A stretch of DNA of 63,604 nucleotides, counting the filler, from Octopus bimaculoides (Eukaryota), in assembly GCF_001194135.2 (NCBI RefSeq). It is 8 parts of 8 records of this genome, joined end to end, with 100 filler letters (N's around TTAATTAATTAA, not from the genome) between each part and the next. Parts side by side here need not be neighbours in the genome. Positions count along the whole stretch, not along the records: positions 1 to 15,101 come from NC_068981.1; 7 more parts are not named here. The stretch is one strand, 5' to 3'. Of the stretch, positions 1-12,330 are shown piece by piece (the first letter of the stretch is position 1; each line of letters starts with the position of its first letter). The notes under the pieces are model-generated. The model was not told the origin of the DNA and ran no database searches. It saw only the letters and a list, made by a program, of their open reading frames with translations. The position numbers were made by a program, and so were the translations under genes.

Positions 1-1142
1 CTATATATATATATATAAAACCACATAATTTATTTTAATTTTAAATGCAGTTTATTTATTAGGAATTATTCAAATTATTTATATGGAGCTTTCATGTTTG
101 TCTTGAATGTTTGATAGATTTCGTCCTCCTCCATTCTGTTTCTTTTAAGAGTTCATTAATCATTTTCAGCTCATAACTTTGAAAGTTAGTTTGAACTCTA
201 AATGTCTTTCCATTTGGTTATTTTAATAGAGTAACAGATTTGTTTAATTTGTGGAAAGTTTCCACTGAATTGTTCATCCATTCATTGAATAAATTTTGTT
301 ATTTTTTGTTAGTCTTCTTATGAGTAGCATATGGTGAAAGCACATAGCTTACTTTATTTTGTATAATAGAAACTCTTCAATTATTCACCAACCTTTTGTT
401 GCATTTTTTATAGAAATATAAAGCATCACATGATATTAAAAACAATAAGCTATAGAAAAATGTTTTCCTCAAAGGAAACATTTTTCAAATGACTATTACT
501 ATTTTGCAAAACTTATTACATTTAGATTTTGTCGCTATATCCTTGTTCATGTAAAAAATAATGGATTCTGCTTTTATCCAACTATAAAGTAGTAAATATT
601 TACAGTATGGTATCTAAATTTAACATTTTATTCTGTGTTTTTTTTAAACTATTGTTTACATGTTAATTTTAATAAATATAAAAATTGACACCTTAAGGTC
701 CTATACAATAGGAATTAACCCTTCATATTAATCTAACTTTTTACAAAGCCAGATGTCAAATAGTTTGATAGAAATGTCACAGTTTTGTTTATTTAATTGT
801 TATACAAACTATATTTATCTGACTTTGTTTTGCTCACTACCTCCCCCACTCTTACTGTCAAGGTTATTCCTAGTGGGTATAGCAATACATAAATAAATTC
901 ACAATTTCCATGTTTGTTCTAAAATGATATTATACATTGCTACTTACTTTCATTGCACTCAATTCAGAAAAAATGAATCAGTCTTAAAATGTGAAATTTT
1001 ATATAATTTCTAGGGAATGCACTTTGTGTTCATCAGTTATTTATAGAATAATAATATATTGAACTAAAGGGGCAAAAATCTATCTTTTACTTGTTTCAAT
1101 CACTTGCCTGTGGCCAATCAACTTCAGAACTTTTTTTTTTTA

Positions 1143-1372
1143 ATCCTAGTACCAATTCTACTGGTCTCTTACAAACTGCTAACTTATGGGGATGTAAACA
1201 CCCCAACACCAGTTCTCAAGTTTCAGTTTCTATCTACCAAATCCACTCACAAGGCTTTGGTTGGCCTGAGGCTATTGTGGAACACACTTGCCCATGATAC
1301 CACACAATGGGACTGAACCCTGAATCATTGGTTGGGAAGGAAGTAAGCTTCTTATCACAGCCATGCATGTGC
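1143..1372 (-). mobile_element. tRNA-type SINE family A, degenerate copy
   Basis: Reverse complement of the family core (ggttcagtccca...gggcaagtgt...gccttgtgagtggatttggtaga) seen in many copies in the window. Confidence 0.8.
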
Positions 1373-1902
1373 CAGATCAGAAATTTATATTAATCTTATG
1401 GAATCTGAGGGATGAATTTAGAACATACATGGTCATAACACTATACTATAAAGCAATTAGGCCTCACATTTGACTTTCTGCCATTTATAATTACTCTCTA
1501 TTGTTTTAAAACTAGAAATTTACTCTAGTAATATTTCATTTCTTTTCTAGCTAGGTTTTCACAATAAAGAATTACTTTTTGAATCAACTTTGTTTTAAAT
1601 TCATTTTTACAAACAAAATTAGCAAACCTGGGTGATAAATTGACTAATCTAAATTTTATCTCATTGAAAATGTTTTCAACTACAATGGAAAGCAGTTAGT
1701 GTTCATTTTAGGATCAATCCTTTTTACTAACAATAACCAGTTACAACATTATCCATTATTATAAGTGTGTTTTAGACTTTTTCTTTAGTGTCAACAAAAC
1801 AAGTTTCATGTATTGTCCATTTAAATCTTAAATATATTTGATTGAAGATTTTTGTATTTCATTAACTATTGAAATTAAAATAACTTTGTTCTTTTATCAC
1901 AG

Positions 1903-2028
1903 AATAATGTTGAAGATGCGCAAGAAGCATTTGATGCTTTCTTTGATCATTATCCATATTGTTATGGTTACTGGAAAAAGTTTGCTGATATTCTAAAGAA
2001 AAATGATGAGGTGGATAAAGCAATTGCA
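1903..2028 (+). CDS. PRPF39: PRPF39 internal coding exon (first in window)
   Basis: cttttatcacAG acceptor and GTAAGT donor, 126 nt, phase 0/0. Encodes NNVEDAQEAFDAFFDHYPYCYGYWKKFADILKKNDEVDKAIA, containing the PRPF39 hallmark HYPYCYGYWKK. Confidence 0.97.
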
Positions 2029-3064
2029 GTAAGTTCTAATTTTTTCTTAAATTTGGAGAAATTAATTTCAACAATCCTCTATTATGTGTACATTCTGAAA
2101 AATAATTGCATAACAAAATTAGTTTTTAAAAATGCTTTCTAATTACTAAGTTCAAATATTTATTTTATTTAGAAAATAGTCTTTAGACAATATTTACATT
2201 GATTAACCACTGAAGTGTTTATATACACAACTTCATTTCAAATAAGTGTATTTATATAGTATATAACTGATGATATGGGGATAGATTTTCCTTCATATCT
2301 AACCCCTGTTAAACAACTGGGTACCCCATCTTTTATGCTAAAACAAAGGCTGGTTTCACCTCAGATGTACTATATCTTGTCTAGTGAGATTAATTTTTGA
2401 TATAATTTTACAAAATAACACGACTTTTTTGTATTATTTATATCTTATAAAAATAATTCTTACCATCTGCAGTGTAGAAACATCAGTAGCCTTCAATTTC
2501 AATGAGTTAAGTAGTTTTACAAATTAGGTGGTGCATAAGTAGGAATCTCTTATTTTATAGTTCTAACCTTTATCCTGTTGCTCTAATAATTCTGTTTTAG
2601 TACAGAAAAATGTGATATTCAAGTCTTCAGTTTTTCATTCTTATATACTGGCCTTGAGTGGTTGCTCTTTTTGTTTGATGCCTAACAGTTGCAACCAAGA
2701 TTGTATTCTTTATAAGTAGTCAAACTCTGTTGCAGAGTTTAAACTTTTAGGACATTGCACTAATTGCTAGCCTTGTAAAATATACATTATAGTAATATCA
2801 TAGCCATTTTCATCTACGGAATGGAATTTTTTAAAAATAGAATTTATGCAGTAATTGTTTATTTACCATGTAAGTTTTAGTTAAAATAAATTGGTTCCAC
2901 TATTTCAGATGTTTCTCTTTGAAATTGAAAAAGAGAATTCCCCTTTTCCTGGTTATAGTCACTGAGCTATGGCCATAATGTGGACAACTTCAGTATTTTA
3001 GTCACTCATCTCCCCAATATTTATTTTATCAATCTTTTTCAATCAGATAGCACACACACACACC

Positions 3065-3220
3065 TGGACTTTTACATAGTTTCTGCCAATTAAATTCCAC
3101 TCAAAAGACATTGGTCAATCTGAAGCTAGACTAGAAGTTACTTGCTCAAGTGTGTTGCACAGTAATTGCACACAAAACTGTGGTTTTGAAGCAAATTTTG
3201 TAGCCATATGGCTATGCCTA
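3065..3220 (-). mobile_element. SINE family A, highly degenerate copy
   Basis: ttccactcaaaagacattggtc...acttgctcaagtg aligns loosely to the family A head. Confidence 0.5.
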
Positions 3221-5275
3221 AAATTATTCTGTAAGTTTTTTTTAAACATTAGTTTCAAAGAAACTGAGTAAAACTGGGTTGATAAATAATGTCATAGCAG
3301 AGAATTAGTAATCCTGTGATATTCATACATCTGCTTTCCTTGTTAACATGGGTTGGATGGATTGTCATGATCCAATTTAGTTTTTTATTTAGAGTTCTGA
3401 TACAGATAGGTTAAAAGCACACATCTTGTTCATAAATTTCATTTTTGGCTTGTCTTCTACTGTTGGATGCCCTTCCTAACACCAACAACTTTATAGATAT
3501 GTAAATATATGAAAATTATTTTTACAAACTTCCTTGTTGAATATCCTTGATTAGATATCTAGTTTGTCAAATTAAACTGCATTTCTACATTCTATTAGCT
3601 GTCTAGCTGTGGCTCACCATTATTTAGTGTATGCCTTAAGCATTAACCCTTTTGTGATCTAATTTCAAACAAGAATACTTTCTACTTTCTAAAATAATCA
3701 ATTATGTGAAGGTTTGCAAAATAAACTTTCTAATTAATAAAAGACAAAAACTTACATTTAAATATTACAGAGCCTCTCAGTGGGTCAGATAAAAATTAAG
3801 TTCTAAGCTACTGATGGACCATTTTGTGGTTTGATGGCTGCATTCTCAAAGAAGATGCACCCAGTCTCCTACAATTAGTAGCTCAGCTCAGCTGCTTATA
3901 TACAGCACTCAAATTATGCTTATTTATTCACATTGTTTTGAATTGATCATGTCTTGTAGCTTTAAGATTTTAAAGATGCAACAGAATGACATTGTAGGTT
4001 AAGTTTGAGAGCTTGATCTGGCTGACTTAAACATGGAATAGGTAGAATATTAGGGTCAGATAAGGCTGGTTTAAATGCTAAGGAGTTAATTTGGTGAGTT
4101 GGTGTTGAAAAGGATAATGATAGTGAAGAATTTATCAGAAAACATTGTCATTCAGTAGATCAACAGTTGGTAGAATGCTTTTTCTATTCTTAGTAGTCAA
4201 GTTTTATTATGTTTTATTCAGTAGCTTTTGTAAAGATTTCCTTTCAATTGTTAATTAGTAAAAATTTTCAATAGATATTATTACCTGCAATTATGAAATT
4301 GTCTCAATCCGGCATTTATTCAGTTGTTGTGTTTCATTATTATCCTTTTTGTAATCTTAGTTGCCTTCAATATTAGCAATATTAATGTTCAAACCAGTTA
4401 CACTGGATTGGGATTTTCTCTTTTTTCTAAATTCCGAGTGGAAGTATTGGTCTCGGTGATTTTATTGACAGGCACTATATAGTTTATTAGATTCACTAAT
4501 GTAAATGAATACTATTTAGTCTTGTGATATTTCTTCTAGCTTTTTCTGAAATCTGATCTTCATAATTGATTTTATTATTTTATTTTAATAGGTTAAATTT
4601 TTGACTATTCAATGTATAGAGATCTTTTTTTTTTATAGCTATTTTTCTTGATAGGTGGGTTAATCTTTCTTTTTTTTAGTTTCTTTCTTCACATTTTTTT
4701 TTAATATTGACTAATCTAAATTTACACTTAACCTTAATCAAGAATCTGTTTACATTTGATTTTGCAATTTCTCAACCTGAGGTTAATGAGCAGATTTCCA
4801 CTAGAATTGCTCGTTGTGATTAGAAATATGGAAATATTACATTTAAATTTATAATTTGTTTAATGGAAGACTTAACAGAGACTATTGACTTTAAATTATA
4901 GTGACAAAAATAAAATAATGTCCATGATTCTGTACCATATAGTTGTATACATATTAAATGTAGATTTTGATACATAGTGAAATGTTCTACAGTTTCCAAA
5001 TACCAAAAAAAGTTTTAATTAGTACATACCACTCATGACTAAATATTTGAATAACATTTTTATATTTCTAATTTCACTCTTGACTTTTTCAATCCTAGAT
5101 TAATCCACACCAATATTGTAAATGAAACTATCTTGTTCCAAGGTTTGCCACTCTAAAGTTGAAAGTAAACAAACATTTCAAGGGAGATGATGCATGCTTG
5201 ATGAAATAATCGGAAAAGTAGACTTGCAGTTGTGTAAATTCTGGCATAGTGTTTCATACAACAAGGAATCAAATA

Positions 5276-5454
5276 CAGTGGGTCTCAATTTTTTGCCTAT
5301 GAACCCCTCTGATTCCTATTTTCTCTACTGGACCTCCATAACCATTCGCTGTAGATAAAAAAATTAAAATATTTTGTGTATTGTAGAAGTAAACCAATTT
5401 ATTGCACATAAATTTTAACAAAATCTTATATCGACCCCTAGTTGAGAACCACTA
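5276..5454. mobile_element. hAT (Charlie-like) MITE
   Basis: TIRs CAGTGGGTCTCAA and GTTGAGAACCACTA. Internal sequence (tatgaacccc...ggacc) is shared with the copy at 49811-50719. TSD not clear. Confidence 0.65.
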
Positions 5455-7279
5455 CTCTAGATAGTCCTGCATCATCATGATAATTCCTTTAAGCAAAGTT
5501 AAGCCATTCTCTTTCATTCCTTTTCTTACTCTCTCTCTCTCTCTTCTGAGGTGAGACATAAGCAGTTTCCTTCTATGTCTGCTGGTTTTTCTGTCAAATG
5601 TTTGTCAGCATTTTACATCTAATTTTCCATACTGGTATAAGTCAGATGGTTTTCCACACCTTGTACCTATTCTGAAACTAGGATATATTCATTAATGCCT
5701 CTCTTGCAAATATTTTTGGATCCTTTTCAGCCCTATTTTGTGTACTTTCCATTGTTGTTTGTCAGAAATATGTAAGTAGTTTGACAGCACTCATGAATGA
5801 GCTATTCAGTTTACGTGACACAACTTCTATTTCTGAATGATCATCTGGCAAATAAGTTTGTCAAATGTGATCAATCCAGAATACTTGGAGCATTCAATCA
5901 AGGTATCCCATCTGAAATTACTCTGGAATAATGTCCATGATTCTGTACCATGTAGCTGTATAGATATTAGATGTAGGTTTTGGTATGTTTTGCATTTTCC
6001 AAATGCCTGCTAAAGAGACCAGCGGCTGAGGATACTAAATCAATTCGGCTCTTTCATTTTCATATTATCCAAGTTAATTAATTACAATGAATTAGTTCAA
6101 TTATATCCCATCTAATATGACATTGACTCATATACCATCTCACAAATACTTTTTATAATTTTATCAGCATGGATGTTTGCATTCACTTTAATGTGTCTGT
6201 GCTGAATCCTAAATTAACCTTCAACAAATATATATTCATAGTACAGTGTATTTAGGAAAACAAGAGTGGAGATATGTTTATTCAGTATACCCTTACACAT
6301 GTTTTATAAATGAATAAATCTATTATACAAGGGTTACCTTACAGTCTGATTACATCATCAAATCAACTGATTATTGTATAAATTTTATGATTGATGAATG
6401 AATGAAACACATTGAAGAATGTATTGAATTAACATATGAACATATTTCCTTTCTTGTTTGTCCTCTCTATGTACTTTGTGTTCTGAATATGTCATGCTCT
6501 AGATACTGCACTATGCAAGTATATTTAATTTCAATGGAATTTTTATTGAATATCTTAATCAAATGAACTACAACTTGAACCTCAAGTGTGTGAACAGTAT
6601 TAATAACCATAGTTATATGTACAGTTATATTTGAACCATTTCAGTATTTTGTAGGGGAGGTTTAATCAGCAAAAATAATCAGCTTACCTAAATCTTTTTT
6701 ATATCCTGGCCTAGAAGGGAGTAAAAAGCCTGAGTACTAATGTTGTGTATTTACACATTCTGTTATTTATTAGCAGTAGGGGGGCAGATTAGATGCTTTG
6801 TTATATATTGTTTGGTACCTTGTAGATTTGAGTTGAAATTCTTCAATTTTCTCTTCTGTCTTTCATCCCTTCAGACTTGACAAAAGATTTATTGGTAGTT
6901 TTTATATCCCCTGAGCATTTCTGATCAAGCAGCATTTTTTTTTTTCTGGCATATGTGTCTCCAAGGGAAGCTTAACAGCTATTTTTAGGCAATTGAGTGA
7001 CTGCATAAAGGCTCTTTTAATACAATTGATTAAACCACCTCTTTGACTCGTTTAAAGAAAACGTACTGTGCATGTAAAAAAGAAAATAGTAATTTGGCTT
7101 TGTTGTAAAAAGGTTTCCTGTTGAATGAAATGAGTATTAAATATGCTGGATAAGTGAACAAACTTTGATCTAGCTATAATTTATTGAAGATCTGTATAAA
7201 ATAACCATTAATGTATTGTTTTGAAACTTGAAATTGTTGAAGCAAGTCATGTGGTTGGATGCCCTTGGTAAATGAAATC

Positions 7280-7480
7280 TATTATTCTTTAGCTCAGTGT
7301 CAGCCCTGATCAAGTAGACTCCAAGTAAAAAACCTTCCAGCTGTGTACATCTCATCTTGTGATTTTCAGACAATGCACCATCCGAGACTATTGTCCAGTG
7401 TGTTTTCCCATTTTTTAAAACAGCAAGGTGCAGTTTGATGGAAATTTGGTTGGTAGTTTTAGCAGGTTGATCAATCACAT
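7280..7480 (+). repeat. Interspersed repeat family C
   Basis: The tag gatttgga...gatttggctgctatttctag recurs at ~26370, ~36340-36505 (-), ~38860 (-), ~39060-39190 (-), ~41490-41645 (-) and ~42990-43120. Confidence 0.55.
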
Positions 7481-8990
7481 AACAGCTTTTTTGTTGGTTT
7501 ATTTTTTTTTTTTTTATGAGAGAGGGTAGTCATAATTCTGATAATAATTAAATATTTTTTATCCATAAGTAATTTCTCTTGTATATTATTATTTACATGA
7601 CTGAAGACATAGATTTCCAGTTTCACATTTCTAGTTAACAATATCAAACTCTTTCTCCATTTATCTCTGATTTAGACTATCTTGAACTTTGAATTTTAGA
7701 AAATTCGACTCTTGAAAATATACGCGAGAGACCTAAAAATCCTCAAACAGCTTGAAACAGTATTTACAATAGAAAACATTTACTCCTCTTCCAAATCCTT
7801 TAGTGCAAGTTCTCATTTTCAGTTATGTAATAAATCTTCTGATTTCATTTGAATGTGATATTAGTCTGTTACTTAAAGGTGTTTTTCCTGGTTTCTTGAG
7901 AAAATGCTAGTAATGACAAATGACAGTACTTACATATCTGTTCATTTGTACTTGTCTGTAGTCTTTAGATTCTTTTAATTGCTCTGTCAAAGGTAATAAT
8001 CTTGTATTTTAAGATCCAACAACAACTCTTTATACTTGAAACATAATTCTAAATACTATTTTAGTAAGTTGTAATCATGTAGGTTATATGAATTATTTTG
8101 CATAATCACCACTGACTTTTTTCTTTTCAAATTTACACAGAAATAACTGTATAAAGAAATACTTAATGTATTTATATATGCATATTTAAAAGCTTGAGGA
8201 TAAAGGAGAGCAGAGTCTCAGGCTTCTGAGATCAGTACATCTGATGCCATGTCTAACATGTAGATCAATGTCTGCAGGAAAAATCTGGACAGAGAGTGAA
8301 CTGGTGGTGGTGATCTGGTTTGAATGCTTGCAATCCAGTAAACTTTGCTAAAGGCACCCAAGAACTCACATCATGTCTAAACACTCCAAATATATGAAAA
8401 AGGTGCATAGGAATAAAGAAAAGTTTTTACCATTTAGAATAATATGCAAGAAGATTATAATACTAAAATAGAAACTCTAGTACAATTCCATTGACATTTA
8501 GAATGCATTTATAGGAATATTAAATCAAGTCTAGTACTGGACTGGTTGGTATTTTTTTTAATGACCTCAGAAGTACAAAAAGCAAAATTGACCTCAGTGG
8601 GATTTGAACTTAGAACATAAAGGATTGTACTTAAAATGCCACTGGCATTTTGTCAAATGCTCTGAGTCTTCTATTTTACTGCCTAAATATATCACATAGT
8701 ACAAAAAGATGTTAAGGTTTTTAGAAATGCTGACATCGATAGAGTAAAGTTCAAAGACACATCTTTTGGTTTTAAAATGGTTTTACGTTTTTTAGCATAC
8801 AATGTTTCTAAAAGTATTATTATTATCTAGTTCCTCAGAACTGATGCATTCTATTCTAAACTTAATAACTTAAACATATTTTCACATGCTGTTTTACATG
8901 TTTACACACTTAGTTTCAAGTAACTTGATATTTGCCACCCACTTCATAACTTTAATATTTTTTAGAGAATGCCCAATTTATAATACATGA

Positions 8991-9023
<33 letters not shown>

Positions 9024-9108
9024 TCTTTGATTATTTCCTGCTTCATGCCAGGTGCCTAGTTTAGAATCAAGCTCTCACTGTGTTATTATGTAATATTTTT
9101 CTTTGCAG

Positions 9109-9139
9109 ACATAATGAATCTACTGGAGACCTGGCAGAT
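9109..9139 (+). other. PRPF39: Candidate 31-nt poison cassette exon in PRPF39 intron
   Basis: CTCAC branch-like motif, atttttctttgcAG acceptor (9107-9108) and GTGAGG donor (9140). In phase 0 it reads ACA TAA, an immediate stop. Confidence 0.55.
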
Positions 9140-9209
9140 GTGAGGGTCTCTGAAATCGTGATTTAGATTTTTTGTGAGATTTCACAATTTTGAACTTGTC
9201 CACTGCTAG

Positions 9210-9324
9210 GGAGGGCTATGGATTTGCAGCAAGAAAATCCCTAATACTACAGGGTCAACAACAGATGAACGTCAACTGTCCCTGTTTGACTGTGCCAGTC
9301 GCCAGGAGAGCTTCGTTGACGACG
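9210..9324 (+). other. PRPF39: Candidate 115-nt frameshifting cassette exon in PRPF39 intron
   Basis: cttgtccactgctAG acceptor and ACG|GTAATC donor. Open in phase 0, but 115 nt shifts the frame so the next exon reads GGT CTT TGA (stop at 9478-9480). Confidence 0.45.
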
Positions 9325-9472
9325 GTAATCACGTGGTTGTACTTCCAATTGTTCGGCTTGCTCGACTTTACCCCATTTACTTTTCAACATTTTACAACTA
9401 CTTTATTCTATTCGGTCCTGTTTGCAGGGCTTGATTTATCTTGGTTTGTAACTGTTACTTATTTTTCTCCAG

Positions 9473-9582
9473 GTCTTTGAGCGTGGTGTAAAGGCTATTC
9501 CTCTAAGTGTAGAACTTTGGCTTCATTACATCTCTTCTGTTACTGAATCAAGAGAGTGTGAAAATGTTGAGAGAATTCAGGA
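9473..9582 (+). CDS. PRPF39: PRPF39 internal coding exon (second in window)
   Basis: tttttctccAG acceptor and GTAAGT donor, 110 nt, phase 0/2. Encodes VFERGVKAIPLSVELWLHYISSVTESRECENVERIQ(E), matching human VYRRGLQAIPLSVDLWIHY. Confidence 0.97.
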
Positions 9583-10250
9583 GTAAGTAGTGCTAATCTT
9601 AAGTTTCATGACTTTGCAGTATGATTTTTCAAACATTGATATTTTTAATTCTCAGTAAAATTGCTTTCTCTTCAATACTTTTAATGTAATATATATTTTC
9701 TAAGATATTTTAACTGTATATCATTTTGCATCTACTTTCCACACTGGCATGAGTAGAACAAGTTGCAAGTCGGAGATGAGTTGGAGACCATATTTCACTC
9801 ATGTTTTATTTTGGCATAATTTGTATGGTTGGATACCCTTCCTAACACTAGTCATGTAACAGCATACAGAGTGCATTTTATTGTGGCACCAACACTAGAA
9901 GTTGCCATGTTTTCAACAAAATAGGAGTATAAGGTTCTCTCAACTTTGTTATCTCTGCCTGTTCATCAATCACTTTACAGAGTTTCCAAGAGATGTTTTA
10001 TCATTGCACCTGCACTTGTGCGGTCTTGTATCCTGCAAGATGAAAGGAAAGCCTCACCTTTGTACGAGGTTGACTGCAATAGATACTCAGAGTAGGAAAT
10101 AAGAGTGTCAAGTGCCAGTGTGGAGAGAAGGAGACAATGATAGGAGTAATGAAAAAGGATGGTAACAGCAGGGAGACATTTTAATGTAATAACCAAAACA
10201 ATGGTGCATAAATTTCTTTGCAGTTAATCTTTTTGGCTTTTGTTTTACAG

Positions 10251-10418
10251 ATTATACAGAAAAGCTCTGAATGCTGCTGGTACTGACTTCCGTGCTGATC
10301 GCTTGTGGGATTCAGTTATTCACTGGGAAAAACAACAAAAAAACTTGCAAAATGTAATGCGCTTATATGATGAACTGCTGAAAATTCCTCTCCAACTATA
10401 CAGTCATCATTTTGACAA
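10251..10418 (+). CDS. PRPF39: PRPF39 internal coding exon (third in window)
   Basis: tgttttacAG acceptor and GTAAAT donor, 168 nt, phase-compatible with the previous exon. Encodes LYRKALNAAGTDFRADRLWDSVIHWEKQQKNLQNVMRLYDELLKIPLQLYSHHFD, matching human AAGTDFRSDRLW...IPTQLYSHHF. Confidence 0.97.
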
Positions 10419-10458
10419 GTAAATCCATTTATTCTTGCATTTTGAAAAAAAAAAAGTC

Positions 10459-10495
<37 letters not shown>

Positions 10496-10839
10496 TAATC
10501 ACATGCATTTAGTAGTTTGATCTTCAAACTCTCAAAGTAGGAATTTTGATAATTAAAATAGACTTTTTCCTGGCTAGTTAAAAATAATGATTTGTTAAAT
10601 AGTCTTATTCTTGCTTAAGTGATTATGTATCAAGCTACTAAATTTCTTACTAATGTCTCCTTGTTGCATTTTTTCTTTCCTCTCTTCCTCTCTTTGCATT
10701 GTTATGTATGTGTTCTAATTGGCTAAGTTTTCAGATTATTTATTTCTTTGTTTCTAATGACTTTTGATTTTTCACTTGTTTACTAAACTGTGTTTCACCA
10801 TCATTTTTGTCTTCTTTCTCCATGCTTGCATGGGTTGGA

Positions 10840-11900
10840 CATATGTGAACATGTGTTTATGTGGATATACACACATACAAAACGATGTGCAAGTGTCATA
10901 AGACCATTTTCATATTGGGCTTAGCTTGCAGGCCCATTGCAATCTTCAAGTCTTCATTTTGCTCTGTCTTCTACATCTTCTGTCTTGTCTTCAATTCTTT
11001 CTCCATTCCTTTATATCTTTCTCGGTCTTCCACTTTCATTTTCATCATTCCTCTCACCAAGTCACTTTAATCCTTCTTGAGCTGATGACTCAGCTATTTC
11101 ATCCCATTTCTATTCACAACACCCTTTGCTGGTTCTATTCCCATCTACAACATACACCATTACTTCCAATTTCAGTGACACACCCCTCCTCATTAGTACA
11201 CCACTCTGTTCATAGAAGTTGTTCCTTGTTCATCTCGTTTTAATCACCATCACTGAGTTATATCCCACATTGTCTATTTAATGTCTTCTAGGTAACCAAA
11301 TATTCTCACACTTTCCATCTGAATGCAGTTTCTAAAATCTAGGCCATCATTCACTCTATCTTTGCAGTTTCTCTCAAAACACCTTACATTTCAGTGCAAC
11401 AGCTACATCAGTTACAAACCCTCTCCTATGACTACATATTTAATTAATCCACCCAGTACTCTTCCTGCACGCTGCCACTTCCCTGATATTCACTTTCAAA
11501 CCTTTTGCCTTCATACATTTCTTTCACCTATTCATCTTCAATCCATTCATACACTCGACTATTGATATGAAGTTATCTGCATAGTACAACTCTCATGATA
11601 AACTTTTTTTTAATGCTTTGAATGAGCACCATCACAATCACTGACAGTAGTTGGCTTAATACTAACCTTTGATGTACTCCAATTTTCATTTCAAATTCAT
11701 ACTTGACCACTCTAAACTAACCATTCTTCCACTCCTGACTCTTAATATACATGTCACCACTGCACATAGATGGTATTGAAAACTTTCTCTTGATCAACAA
11801 GCTTAACCATTTCTGTCTCTTGTATTTCACCTGTGACTGAATTGTCTTACACTAAAAATTTATATTAAGTGTTCCTTTCCATCACATAAATACAAACTGC
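10840..11900 (-). mobile_element. Heavily decayed LINE (RTE-like) remnant
   Basis: Pyrimidine-skewed block. Minus-strand translation gives fragments such as FGYLEDI resembling the RT F.YLG motif, with many stops. Confidence 0.3.
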
Positions 11901-11956
11901 ATTTCATCTTCATTTTCTTCCATGTCATCATCTCTAAGATTCTTTTTAATACATTT

Positions 11957-12330
11957 CTGTATTTTCCGGTCTATAAAACACAACTATGAGATGTTATGAT
12001 TTTATCTTACTATAATCAATAACAAACACATTTCGTCAATATTAAAGTCTTTGTTAGATTAAAAATAACAATATCAAAACATGATGGTAAAACAAAACAA
12101 ATATGCTTTGTTTTCTTCCGGGCACCAATGTACTGTAGCAGTAAGTCTTTCATGTTGTTCACCAACTGACCTTTCCTCTGAAAAAAATCAGTGGAGTCAT
12201 TTGATCTTCAGACATAAATTATTTTCCTCTTGAAACTTATAAAAAATGCACACATTAGGCGCACCTTTCTATAAGCCACACACTTAATTTCCCAGGTAAA
12301 ATATAGCAGCTTATACACCGGAAAACACGG
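11957..12330. mobile_element. Tc2/pogo-type MITE, short derivative (374 bp)
   Basis: TIRs CTGTATTTTCCGGTCTATAA and TTATACACCGGAAAACACGG followed by TA. Internal sequence closely matches 50021-50565. Confidence 0.8.

Noticed and set aside
2909-2951. Possible cassette exon after ctatttcAG
   Set aside because: The only nearby donor (GTTATA) is weak and the context is unremarkable.
9111-9153. C/D-box snoRNA (ATAATGA...CTGA), considered because human PRPF39 hosts SNORD127
   Set aside because: Box C is non-canonical, the span is only ~43 nt, and I found no rRNA-antisense element of the GTCCCTCTAA type in the window.
9190-9480. 96-aa ORF MNLSTAREG... as a separate gene
   Set aside because: Starts at a non-ATG codon, has no recognisable homology, and merely spans the candidate regulatory island in another frame.
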